This document shows positions 49,907 through 59,082 of a stretch of DNA of 59,557 bases, piece by piece; within the stretch, counting starts at the first letter, position 1, and every line of letters starts with the position of its first letter. The DNA is taken from IMG/VR virus record IMGVR_UViG_3300018080_000200, positions 1 through 59,557 of that record; one strand, 5' to 3'. Below the pieces are notes generated by a model, which saw only the letters and a list, made by a program, of their open reading frames with translations, did no database searches and was not told the origin of the DNA. A program made the translations under genes and the position numbers. Origin of the DNA: a virus. Lineage: Duplodnaviria; Caudoviricetes.

Positions 49907-50370
49907 TGTTGCAACTATCATACACTTACACCGGACGGTCAATAGATGTCTTGATGGTTGACCCACCAGCTTCTATTACTGGTGCAATCAGCCTGACCTA
50001 CCCTCGTCCTTCTAAAATATGCACCGGAGTACAAAAACTAGCTCAGAAGTTTATTATTGTCCTACTGACTGCCCCGGATACGCAACCCTTTGAGGTTGGT
50101 AGAGGAACACTGTTAGGCAGTATGGTGCATACTTCTGTGGCTATACGCAGGAATCTTATAGAGCATGCTTGCCTAAGCTCTGTTAAATCGGCGAGAGACA
50201 CTATTGTTGAAGACCAAACAGATGATACCCCGGGGGATGAATACCTAATCGATGCAGAGCTGAAAGACTTTGCATTCACTGCAAATGGCGGGATTAGCTT
50301 TACGGTAGAGATGACTACCCGCGATAATACTGTTTATATTATCCCTCTTAGTATAGGGTCGCTGACATGA
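49906..50370 (+). CDS. Baseplate wedge subunit (gp25-like)
   Basis: TGVQKLAQKFIIVLLT..GRGTLL..DEYLIDAEL; upstream of baseplate J. Confidence 0.7.
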   Translation: MLQLSYTYTGRSIDVLMVDPPASITGAISLTYPRPSKICTGVQKLAQKFIIVLLTAPDTQPFEVGRGTLLGSMVHTSVAIRRNLIEHACLSSVKSARDTIVEDQTDDTPGDEYLIDAELKDFAFTANGGISFTVEMTTRDNTVYIIPLSIGSLT

Positions 50371-51884
50371 CAACTATAACAGAAGACCAGTACTTACAAG
50401 CACAAGAGCTTCTTATTGCCTCGATAAAAGAGAACCTTCCTGACATCGATACCGGAGTTGGTACTCCTACTAGAGAAATTTTAGTTAATGTTGGGGGATT
50501 AATATCGGCAGTTATACAGTCTCAAATCGATACTTTTGAGGCTACGTCGTCCTTTAAGAACTTAGAGGCTAACCCCAGTCTAGCCCAAACAGATGTCCTA
50601 GATGGGCTATTAAGCAACTGGTTTGCTACGCGTAACACTGGGGATAAAGCCACAGGGCAACTTCAAGTTATTTATGCTTCGAACATCACACAATATATCC
50701 CTGCTGATACACAATTCACTACTGCCGGCGGACTAGTATTCACAAACTCTGATCCCTATGTCATAGAACCTGCTGATACTGCCGCACCAGGATCCGTTAA
50801 ACTATATCCTTATACTACAGATACCTACAGAGCTTTAATACCGGTAACTGCCGAAGTAGAGGGTACATCGTACCAGTTAAAGGCTGGTACTAGTTTAACA
50901 GCGCCTTCCTTGGGGACTCTTGTTGTAAACATAAGTGCATTTACTGATTTTGACGGCGGCGCTGCTGCAGAGGGAGTGACTGACAGTATTTCGCGTACCC
51001 GCGAAAGCCTAGCTTTGCGCATGCTCTCTAGTTATAAAGCTATCCGGGCGGTACTCCTAGAGCAGTTTACAACTATACAGAAATTGGTTATTGTAGGCTA
51101 TGGCTTCCGAGAGATGCAGCGCGATAGGGCGACTCCGCTAGGAGTGGGCCGGGGGTCCAAAGTTGACATCTATGTGAAGACTCCGTTAGAGAATACGGTA
51201 TTAACGAAAACCGTTTCAGATACTGGAGTAATTGAGCTAACCTCTGTTGATGAAATCCCGATCTACCGTATCCGTAGTATTAGTAAGCAACAGTTCCCCG
51301 GCCTACCGCTTGAGACTACAGCCTACTCTGTAGACTATTCAGCCGATACCGAACAGACCGCAAACTATTTAAGCAACGTAACTCAAGGCCGTTTTACAGT
51401 ATATGAAGAAGTCACCATCACTATAACAGATGAATCGTACTTCGGTGAGACGGTTCTACTCAGTGTGGATCGCCCAACCTGGGTAGATGAAATACAGCAG
51501 TATGTCCTTAGTACTGATACTCGCGCTGTTTGCGCCGACCAATTGGTTAGAGGAGCTATACCCTGTTACGTAACAGTGAGCATGATAATAGAGTTTACAT
51601 ACGAAGAGCCTATAGACACTATTAAAACAGCAATCCAAGAGTATATCCTCGGCGCTGCAGCGATTAATGCTTCCGAAATCGTAGATATAGTACACAATCA
51701 GGATGCCGTCAGTAAGGTGCAACTGCCAATATCTATAACAGGCCTGCTTATTCTACCGGATGGTACTACGCAAACGTTAGAAAGTTCAGACAGCCTTGTT
51801 ATACCAACAGACTACTCTCTCTCACTAAGCAGTAATACCGTGACATACTTCAACGAGTATATTTATATCAACGAGGAGAGCTAA
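50367..51884 (+). CDS. Baseplate J / gp6-like wedge protein
   Basis: PDIDTGVGTPTREI, RNTGDKATG, IPADTQFTT, FDGGAAAE, GSKVDIYV. Confidence 0.8.
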   Translation: MTTITEDQYLQAQELLIASIKENLPDIDTGVGTPTREILVNVGGLISAVIQSQIDTFEATSSFKNLEANPSLAQTDVLDGLLSNWFATRNTGDKATGQLQVIYASNITQYIPADTQFTTAGGLVFTNSDPYVIEPADTAAPGSVKLYPYTTDTYRALIPVTAEVEGTSYQLKAGTSLTAPSLGTLVVNISAFTDFDGGAAAEGVTDSISRTRESLALRMLSSYKAIRAVLLEQFTTIQKLVIVGYGFREMQRDRATPLGVGRGSKVDIYVKTPLENTVLTKTVSDTGVIELTSVDEIPIYRIRSISKQQFPGLPLETTAYSVDYSADTEQTANYLSNVTQGRFTVYEEVTITITDESYFGETVLLSVDRPTWVDEIQQYVLSTDTRAVCADQLVRGAIPCYVTVSMIIEFTYEEPIDTIKTAIQEYILGAAAINASEIVDIVHNQDAVSKVQLPISITGLLILPDGTTQTLESSDSLVIPTDYSLSLSSNTVTYFNEYIYINEES

Positions 51885-53488
51885 TGGCCGAGACTCCGCA
51901 TGGGTTTAACTACGGGCAGCACCTGCTAGAAATGATGGGCAGTTTCTGGACAGCCGCATATCAGGACCAAGATCTGATGGTTTCATTCTCCAAAGGGCTT
52001 GGGGAGGTACTTGGGCAGAAATACCTTAACTTTTTAGAGCAAATGCTAGCATCTTCTCTTAAAGATATTCCAATATTCCATAAAGAGCGGTGGCACTTAC
52101 TAACTTTCAAAGAGAGTGAGACAAACCAGAACGATGCTACAGTACTAAAATTCGGTGGATCGGCAGCTTTTAAGAATCAGCCCGCTGTGTTCGGGCCTCA
52201 GCCTGCCGGCACAGAGTACAAAGAGGGAGCTACATTCCAATTCGGTGGTTTTGCCAGTGGGCAATACTATGCATACGCCATCCCAAGCGACCTGGCAGAC
52301 ATCGATGCCTACATCGTAAATAGAGTATACGACCCTTCCCTGGTTTGGTCTAAAGGCACAGATTTCCAAGTTGATAAGAGTGTTATTATCTTCTACGAGA
52401 ATCCATTCGATAATGTTCTTATTCCCAAGCGTAATATTCTAGATGAAGTTGGCAATATCACTGATAGAGAGATCGCCCTATGGGCCTATAATGCTAAATT
52501 CGACAAAGAGAACTTGTGGACCCACTATGGGTATCTGTTTGATGTTAAATTGGATAGTTCGGAAAATTACCGGGACTTTTTAAGAGCTGCTATGGGAATC
52601 TTTATGGTTGGTCCAAGGTTTAACACTCTAACGGGAGTGCTTACAGCTCTGTTTGGCTTGCCTATAGTTAAAGAGACCTTAGAGGTAGTAGAAGAAATAC
52701 AAGTTGTAGGCAATGAACGTATAGTATTAACCGATAAGAATAAGTACACATTGGGAGCCTCTGTAGAATTAAACCCCGATGTGTCTATAGGCGCCTCTCT
52801 CCCGATCTTTACACCACTTAGTAATACCGTACAAATACTTGACAACGTAGAACAGCCAAATTGGTGGAGAAATAGGACGTTTATCCCTCTCCCAGTACAA
52901 ATACTAAACAATGAGTACTACGGCCCGCTTGTAGTGTATAACGAATACGCAACCTATGAGGTTAAATGGAATAACACATTTGATTTTCAGCACAAAGGGT
53001 CTATGACAGATGCCCAGCAAGAATACTTCCGTAATTTCCCCATGACTTGGAATATGGGCTGGAAGTGGAATGAAAGCACAGCCAGGGTCAATTTTTTAGA
53101 CTACATCTTCTCCAATATCACCAAGGATAGCTTATTTCTATTGACAGTTAATACAAATGATATTATACTGGAAAGACTGATAGGCACTGCTTTTGAGCTA
53201 TTTAATGAAGCTCTGCCAGCTAACGTATTTATGGTAGCTTTATTCGAACATACTTTAGAAACAGACTACGAAACTGCTTCTAGAATAGTAGATACGCTTT
53301 CGGAAGATAGAGGTTTTAGTCTAGAGGAAACCATAGAACTCAACACAAGGGTTCAAGATGGCCATCATGGCATCGCAAGATGGAACTCAGGTTTAGTTTG
53401 GGGCCCTCCCGCTACATGGAAGTGGAACTCTGTAGCGTTTCAGCCTAATATAGCTATTCTAAAGCGTTTCTTTAAGTGCCAGATATGA
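51884..53488 (+). CDS. Baseplate wedge protein (gp7/I-like)
   Basis: MGSFW N-terminus, SSENYRDFLRA..ALFGLP, W-N repeats near the C-terminus. Confidence 0.6.
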   Translation: MAETPHGFNYGQHLLEMMGSFWTAAYQDQDLMVSFSKGLGEVLGQKYLNFLEQMLASSLKDIPIFHKERWHLLTFKESETNQNDATVLKFGGSAAFKNQPAVFGPQPAGTEYKEGATFQFGGFASGQYYAYAIPSDLADIDAYIVNRVYDPSLVWSKGTDFQVDKSVIIFYENPFDNVLIPKRNILDEVGNITDREIALWAYNAKFDKENLWTHYGYLFDVKLDSSENYRDFLRAAMGIFMVGPRFNTLTGVLTALFGLPIVKETLEVVEEIQVVGNERIVLTDKNKYTLGASVELNPDVSIGASLPIFTPLSNTVQILDNVEQPNWWRNRTFIPLPVQILNNEYYGPLVVYNEYATYEVKWNNTFDFQHKGSMTDAQQEYFRNFPMTWNMGWKWNESTARVNFLDYIFSNITKDSLFLLTVNTNDIILERLIGTAFELFNEALPANVFMVALFEHTLETDYETASRIVDTLSEDRGFSLEETIELNTRVQDGHHGIARWNSGLVWGPPATWKWNSVAFQPNIAILKRFFKCQI

Positions 53489-53495
53489 GGTTGTT

Positions 53496-54035
53496 ATGCT
53501 GCTCCCACAAGGGAATTTACAAGTCTTACTTCGCCATAAAACTACCAAACGAGTTACTGCAAACTACTCCAAATCCAATATAGTTGTCTACCAAGCCGGC
53601 GACATCTTAGCCAAAGTAACCGCAGGAGAGTTCTCTTTCGCACCTACCCATATTTACGGAGAGCATGCCTCTCATCCGGGTAATTACACAGAAGGGGTTC
53701 TGCCCCCTCTGACAGCCGCTTTGACAGATACGATTGCTACTCTTCGTATTAGCCCACGTAGTACCACTGATGCCGAATCTGCTATTCTCACCAAAGGGTA
53801 CAATAAAACTACAGAGTACCCTTCCGGTACACCAGTGTCATATTGGGCTCACAACAATATCACGTTTACTGCTACAATCGGTGATTCCGCAGTAGATAAT
53901 GATATATTCGTCGGAGCGGGATTGGTTACAGTCGTACTAGGGCAGGAGTACTTATTTGCGCATCAATACCATCCTGGTCTTGTTAAACTACCCTCGTTTG
54001 AGATTGTATATTTATGGACTATACGCTATACCTAG
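53496..54035 (+). CDS. Baseplate/fibre attachment protein
   Basis: SNIVVYQAGDILA..ITFTATI..AGLV..LFA..KLPSFEIVYLWTI pattern. Confidence 0.6.
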   Translation: MLLPQGNLQVLLRHKTTKRVTANYSKSNIVVYQAGDILAKVTAGEFSFAPTHIYGEHASHPGNYTEGVLPPLTAALTDTIATLRISPRSTTDAESAILTKGYNKTTEYPSGTPVSYWAHNNITFTATIGDSAVDNDIFVGAGLVTVVLGQEYLFAHQYHPGLVKLPSFEIVYLWTIRYT

Positions 54036-54047
54036 AATGAGGCAACT

Positions 54048-55127
54048 ATGCCAGTCAACTACACACCAGTAGCCAGTTGGGGAACAGACCCAGTCGTGTT
54101 TCAAGCCCCCGATGATGCGGCAGACGCTACGCTAGCGTTTGTAGGTGCTCAGACAGCCCTTAATCGGGCGCTAGTGCTAAAGAATGATGCAGATACACTA
54201 TTAGGTAGGTTTGATGCTAGTTTATTAAAACTAGGACTCACCGTAACCGGCCCTAGCGATACGACACCCCCTACATACGGGGGTTCCCCGTATATTCTAA
54301 TAGGGAACATGACGCACCAGGCTGCTCTGGAAGCTGTCGACGCCGAACTAAAAACTAAGAACACATCGATCACTAACATGATCGCCAATATCGGTGGGAA
54401 TACCGATAATCCTACCCTGGACAACTACTCGTCGGTGGTTTTTGTAAGCAATGGAGACTCCCATCACGTAGCGATTGGGAAGTTAGATGCGGCCCTAGAT
54501 ACCGTAGAATCTGCCTCTAGCTCTGCCAGCACGCTAGCAACTACGAACTCCACCCGTATTACTAATATAGTAACAAAATTAGGAATAGACGCCGATCAAG
54601 CCGCGGCCTGGACGTATAGCAATACTAACTATATAGCCAATGGGCAGACTCTAAAGGTGAATACCGAGGGTATAGACCGTTCATTGTTAGGGGCCGATAG
54701 AACTGCCCATAGAGCATTCGGTCTCGCTGCTGTTAATTCAGGCCGTGTTTTAGCTGTAGAAGAAACTATTACTAACTTAGAAACATTTTGGGATGACTTC
54801 TACGATGCAACTAAAGTAGATACTCCGAACACTACGGCTACTGTTGACACGGAGCAACAACAAGTTAGCGGTAACAGCACCGTACTGGTTGAACAATTCA
54901 CTGCTGCAGTTACCATGGATCAGATCCAAGTGGACTGGCAGAGCTATGGGTCTGTCTCAGTTTATGCCAACTTAATCGGTTCAGTAGTCTCTGGGGATTA
55001 CACACTGGTACCCACCAAAGATACTTGGGTAAACCCTGCTTCTGGAAATGGTACTGGTGTAGTAATTAAATTCGAAATCGGAGTAGGCGGAATACTATAC
55101 AACTACCACTTATCGGTGAAACCATAA
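54048..55127 (+). CDS. Fibre/whisker-like protein
   Basis: Repeats of Y..(N)G.(T/S)H..A(L/I)..LD coiled units. Confidence 0.6.
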   Translation: MPVNYTPVASWGTDPVVFQAPDDAADATLAFVGAQTALNRALVLKNDADTLLGRFDASLLKLGLTVTGPSDTTPPTYGGSPYILIGNMTHQAALEAVDAELKTKNTSITNMIANIGGNTDNPTLDNYSSVVFVSNGDSHHVAIGKLDAALDTVESASSSASTLATTNSTRITNIVTKLGIDADQAAAWTYSNTNYIANGQTLKVNTEGIDRSLLGADRTAHRAFGLAAVNSGRVLAVEETITNLETFWDDFYDATKVDTPNTTATVDTEQQQVSGNSTVLVEQFTAAVTMDQIQVDWQSYGSVSVYANLIGSVVSGDYTLVPTKDTWVNPASGNGTGVVIKFEIGVGGILYNYHLSVKP

Positions 55128-56725
55128 TGGTAACCTTTACACCAACAGTCACACAGATAAACGACGGGCAAGATGTCAAAGCTCTGATTGTTAATAAACC
55201 GCTAGGAGATCTCGACCAGAGGACACTTTGGTTACGGGAGCAGGTAAGAAATATACAGTCTGCTTACCGGGTAATTAGTGTTCCCAATGTCCCTGTAACG
55301 GATGACGTCGTCGATTGGAATGCCGTATACTGGAACCCTTCCGGTAGCCATAACGAGTCGCCGTTAGGTGCGTTTTCTCCAGCAGTAGCAGAGGTTATCT
55401 GGGACGGGGCTAACTTTGTCCCTGGAGACAGAAACTATGTTGCCGGAGTGGTAGGCACTGTTACAGGAACAGTAGGCTTACGACGGGCTACCCTTTACCT
55501 ACATGGTCTAATAGAACAAGTAGCCTCCCAAGGTTTACTAAAAAGCGGACAAACACTAGTCTATGGGAAGCCCGTTTATTTAACAACAGACGCTACGGCC
55601 GCCGGAAAAGGTGAGATCACACAACCCACTATCGAGGTACAGCTCGGAAAATACGTCCCTGAGGGACTACTGGTAAACCCGTATATACGTAACCTCGGTG
55701 AAACACACCTTCACTACAAATTCGATCTATCTGATAACACAGAGTGGTCTGGAACCGGACCTTGGCTATACCCAGCAGCTAACTTACAGCCATACCCGCC
55801 TATTCCATTCGAGAGCGCTGTACTATTAGTAAATGGTCTATACTACTCGTACGGCACTAGTGCAGATTTCTACCTGGACGCTACAGGTGTCATTCTTACT
55901 AACTCTACGTATCCTCCGGCAGCTACAAACTGGGACGTCTTCCTGCATTATATTATTCCAAAATCGTTAACGGGAGCCGGTGTTACTACCCTAACTCCTG
56001 GAAACGACATAATACAAATACAGAGCTGTACACCTGGTGGGTTACCAGATGTAGGTGATCTCAAAATATCCGCTGTAAACGTTATTGATGAGGTTACAGC
56101 CGTCTCTAGCCGTACTCTGGTAGTAAAGAAGATAGAGACAAACGCATCTACAGGCCATTTGGAAGTAGATACAGGGCCTTACGTACAGAAACTCGTAGCA
56201 GGGCCTGGTGTAGCATTATCTCCTGTTGGAGGAACTGGCGAAGTAACAGTTTCCGTTGTTAGTGCCGACCAAATTAATAAGCGCATAATTGATATTGCTC
56301 TTAATAATGCGAAAGAACGAATCGAGGGGTTGACGTCCTTTATTGGGTTCCCAAAGACCATTACTACAGAAATACTCTGCAAAGAGAAGCTGCCTGAAGG
56401 AGTTAATCAAGGGGTTGAACTAAAGATTTATTGCGATTATCTGGGAGTGGTGTCAGCAGCTGGCACTGGTACGTTTAATATTTTGTATCGAATTACCGAT
56501 TTAGATGGTAATGTTACAGGCTCTGGGGTTGCAACAACAGGTAATCTAATATTTCCTGACGGCTATTCTGCATACACACGTAAGTATGCACAACTATTCT
56601 CAATTCCAGGGTCAGCTTTATTTAGCAGTGGTATCCTAAGTTTCTCTGTAGAGAGAGACATCACTGATACCTATAGTGATGAAGTTGGTATTTTAGTCTT
56701 AGAAGCGGTGGTTACTGTACAATGA
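55127..56725 (+). CDS. Baseplate/tail fibre protein
   Basis: INDGQDVKALIVNKPLGDLDQRTLWLR N-terminus; YGKPVYLT. Confidence 0.6.
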   Translation: MVTFTPTVTQINDGQDVKALIVNKPLGDLDQRTLWLREQVRNIQSAYRVISVPNVPVTDDVVDWNAVYWNPSGSHNESPLGAFSPAVAEVIWDGANFVPGDRNYVAGVVGTVTGTVGLRRATLYLHGLIEQVASQGLLKSGQTLVYGKPVYLTTDATAAGKGEITQPTIEVQLGKYVPEGLLVNPYIRNLGETHLHYKFDLSDNTEWSGTGPWLYPAANLQPYPPIPFESAVLLVNGLYYSYGTSADFYLDATGVILTNSTYPPAATNWDVFLHYIIPKSLTGAGVTTLTPGNDIIQIQSCTPGGLPDVGDLKISAVNVIDEVTAVSSRTLVVKKIETNASTGHLEVDTGPYVQKLVAGPGVALSPVGGTGEVTVSVVSADQINKRIIDIALNNAKERIEGLTSFIGFPKTITTEILCKEKLPEGVNQGVELKIYCDYLGVVSAAGTGTFNILYRITDLDGNVTGSGVATTGNLIFPDGYSAYTRKYAQLFSIPGSALFSSGILSFSVERDITDTYSDEVGILVLEAVVTVQ

Positions 56726-57570
56726 CAGTTAGGCATTTAGAGTGGTTAAATCTTAATAGTCAACGATCATACCCGATTAAAGAAGATACCACACGTACAG
56801 ATGATACTGGTAACTTTGTCATTCCGAATGGGTTATTAGTAGATGCTGTTGTCGCTGTAGATACAGGGGACATAGAAACTTTATACATTAAGCAGCTTAC
56901 TATCCTGCCGGACACTCTTACACTTGTTCTGTATTCACAAGACAACACCTTGGTGGGCTCTAGTATTGTAGATCGCAGCACACACCAGGCAAACGACTAC
57001 TACGTTTTACAGGGGTTTGGTGAATTTACTACCTTACGGGGTAAGTTAGTCATAGGAGAAATCCCCGATGTTGTTGGAGCTTACTCTTTTAGCCAATCGG
57101 CTACTGAACTAGAGAGTAAGGTTCTTATACCTAACCTTAGAGGGGTGTCTAGTCTGGGCATCTATTCCACTTCTCCTGACATTCCAGCCCCTCTAAGGGG
57201 ACATGTAAAACTGTCTGAAGGATTTAATATTAGGCTCACATACGACTATACTAACAACGCTATACGCATAGACGCTATCGAAGGAGCCGGTCTTGGTACT
57301 AGCTGCGTATGCCCGGATGATTCTATTCCACCCGGGAATCCGATAAAGTTTATAAATGGAATACCACCGGACGATTCTCGGAACTTCAATGTACAGGGGG
57401 TAGGGTGTATCACCGTTACTCCGATAGAGAACGGTATTCGTATAGAGAATACCTGCGAGGAGCCTTGTTGCGACTGTGAAGACGTTGCCGCACTACAAGC
57501 CATCGCGGATGCTTTGAGTGCTAGAATAAGTAGTCTTGATACTAGAGTATTGACTCTAGAGAATTGTTAA
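56722..57570 (+). CDS. Baseplate-associated protein with Cys-rich C-terminus
   Basis: WLNLNSQRSYP; IKFINGIPPD..CEEPCCDCED followed by a coiled tail. Confidence 0.6.
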   Translation: MTVRHLEWLNLNSQRSYPIKEDTTRTDDTGNFVIPNGLLVDAVVAVDTGDIETLYIKQLTILPDTLTLVLYSQDNTLVGSSIVDRSTHQANDYYVLQGFGEFTTLRGKLVIGEIPDVVGAYSFSQSATELESKVLIPNLRGVSSLGIYSTSPDIPAPLRGHVKLSEGFNIRLTYDYTNNAIRIDAIEGAGLGTSCVCPDDSIPPGNPIKFINGIPPDDSRNFNVQGVGCITVTPIENGIRIENTCEEPCCDCEDVAALQAIADALSARISSLDTRVLTLENC

Positions 57571-57580
57571 GGAGTTTAAT

Positions 57581-58045
57581 ATGTTCGATACTCTAGAAAA
57601 GAGAGCCTGGTTGAGGGGTTTTGTCGATGAACTTACAAAATCTGGACAAGAGAAACCCCCTATATTGGAAAACGTGTTCCCTCGTATTAAAGGAGGGGTA
57701 GACCTACTAGGCAATCTGCCATTACTCATTGGGGGAGCTGGGGGCCTATTGGGTGCCCAAAAGGGGCAAGGTTGGAGAGGTCTTGGCCATGGGGCATTGC
57801 GTGGAACCGTAACTGGCCTAGGAGCTGCTGCAGGTGGGTCGATTGGCGAAGGTTTGGGCAATCTTATCTTTGGAGATCCTATGGCTGCAGGACTCGGTCA
57901 AATTATTGGAGCTGGATTAGGTGGTTACGGTGGATACCAAACCGGTGGGGATATTCTTAAAGGTTTGTATGGTAAAGAGCAGGAAGAAGGTATATTTGGC
58001 AAAGACCGCCCTGTTTCTGTTCCCGGAAAGATAAAACCGGTATGA
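57581..58045 (+). CDS. Glycine-zipper protein with KxA/GF leader
   Basis: MFDTLEKRAWLRGFVDELTKSG; extended GxxxG zipper; aaggag SD. Confidence 0.75.
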   Translation: MFDTLEKRAWLRGFVDELTKSGQEKPPILENVFPRIKGGVDLLGNLPLLIGGAGGLLGAQKGQGWRGLGHGALRGTVTGLGAAAGGSIGEGLGNLIFGDPMAAGLGQIIGAGLGGYGGYQTGGDILKGLYGKEQEEGIFGKDRPVSVPGKIKPV

Positions 58046-58413
58046 CAAACACTACCCCAACAATATCTAAAGCATTTCCTGTTTATTACAAATCGTTCGA
58101 AGATTGGTTTATAGCTGTGCTTACAGCTAAGCAAGATGTAATTACTTATAAGAAGCCTTTCACGCTTAACTACTGTTTACCTATAGTTGCATCTTTTACC
58201 GCTAGAGGGGCGCGGGGTGATGCGATTCTATGTAACACCGCGTCGGAACCCCTGATAAGAACATGAGGGAATGTCCAAAAAGATAAAATTCCCAAAGAAA
58301 TGTTAGGAATCAAAGTTATTCCTTCCACCAGTATTCCGGAAAATATATTATATTTTATACCGGATGAGGAAGAACTAGACACGGCTAAAGTAATAAAGTT
58401 AGTACTGGAGTAG
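58042..58413 (+). pseudogene. Truncated major capsid protein paralog interrupted by an in-frame TGA (58264-58266)
   Basis: ILCNTASEPLIRT*G..MLGIKVIPSTSIPENILYF aligns by eye with MCP ILMNDVTSKDILKWE..IMGIRTLFT..IPDNVMYF; the stop sits at the Trp position. Confidence 0.6.
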
Positions 58414-58414
58414 T

Positions 58415-58669
58415 ATGATGTTCGACACACTACAAAAACGAGCCTGGTTAGACGGGTTCGTAGAGAAACTTTCTGAAACGCTATTCCCCTGCCAAGGAAC
58501 CGGGCGCACCGGTATGGGCCTTGGGCGAGCACTACGCGGTCCCTTAGGCATCCCTCCAGGCTCGGAAGAGCGCAAAAAGAGGAATATGCCAAACAAAAAA
58601 GGGCCTGGTAAGAAGCAGTTAGAGCGCCGCAAAAAAGACAAAGAACGTGAGAATGATGAAAAGTCTTGA
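58415..58669 (+). CDS. Small basic protein sharing the leader of 57581
   Basis: MFDTLQKRAWLDGFVEKLS; K/R-rich tail. Confidence 0.65.
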   Translation: MMFDTLQKRAWLDGFVEKLSETLFPCQGTGRTGMGLGRALRGPLGIPPGSEERKKRNMPNKKGPGKKQLERRKKDKERENDEKS

Positions 58670-58873
58670 GAAGAAGGCCTTTTTAGAGGGGTTCCGAGAA
58701 GAGTTTGAGAAGAACGCTGGGAAGCTTTATGAAATAGCAAGCTTTCTAGAGGACCTAAACTCAGTAGTTCCGGCAATACTAGGTGGTGGAGTTGGAGCAG
58801 CAGAACTATTGCGCTCGAAACCGAAAACTCCAGCCGATGTATTAAGAGCCTCAGGTATTGGTCTAGGAACAGG

Positions 58874-59082
58874 AGAACTACCTAGCAAACTAAATAATGA
58901 ATGATTATGTATGTTTATGAATAAAGAATTCATTTTTGTAGAATCACTAGTACCGTGGGTTACACGGGATTTTCAAGCCTGTAGACATGGAAGCGCTGAT
59001 CATATCTTCGGATTTGATGAAACTACTGTGGTTGAAGCAGGAACCGGAAACGCGCATTCGTGCGCACTTTTTGGATAGCAGG
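58874..59082 (+). mobile_element. 209-bp non-autonomous IS607/TnpB-like element (copy 1)
   Basis: Preceded by GG and ends in GG, no target duplication beyond this; 10-bp periodic repeats at 58897-58926; two differences from copy 2. Confidence 0.7.
58950..59082 (+). ncRNA. omega-RNA-like structured RNA
   Basis: ccgtg/cacgg stem (58953-58967), gcctgt..gaagcaggaa, C(UUCG)G hairpin 58999-59018, GCGCA-UUCG-UGCGC 59052-59065. Confidence 0.55.

Noticed and set aside
35080-57570. Bacterial eCIS/tailocin/T6SS locus
   Set aside because: Linked to capsid, protease, scaffold and neck genes and a phage-type RNAP; no AAA+ ATPase or host flanking genes seen
58264-58266. Genome-wide TGA=Trp recoding
   Set aside because: Many genes end in TGA with ATGA overlaps to the next start, long ORFs are intact under code 11, and TGG is used for Trp throughout
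472-58933. Minus-strand ORFs in the track
   Set aside because: All are short antisense shadows of longer + strand genes, without recognisable motifs
58874-59082. Group I intron / IStron
   Set aside because: In-frame removal is suggestive, but I could not identify a P3-P7 catalytic core and most of the 209 nt is taken up by end repeats and the omega-RNA-like part; not excluded without an Infernal search
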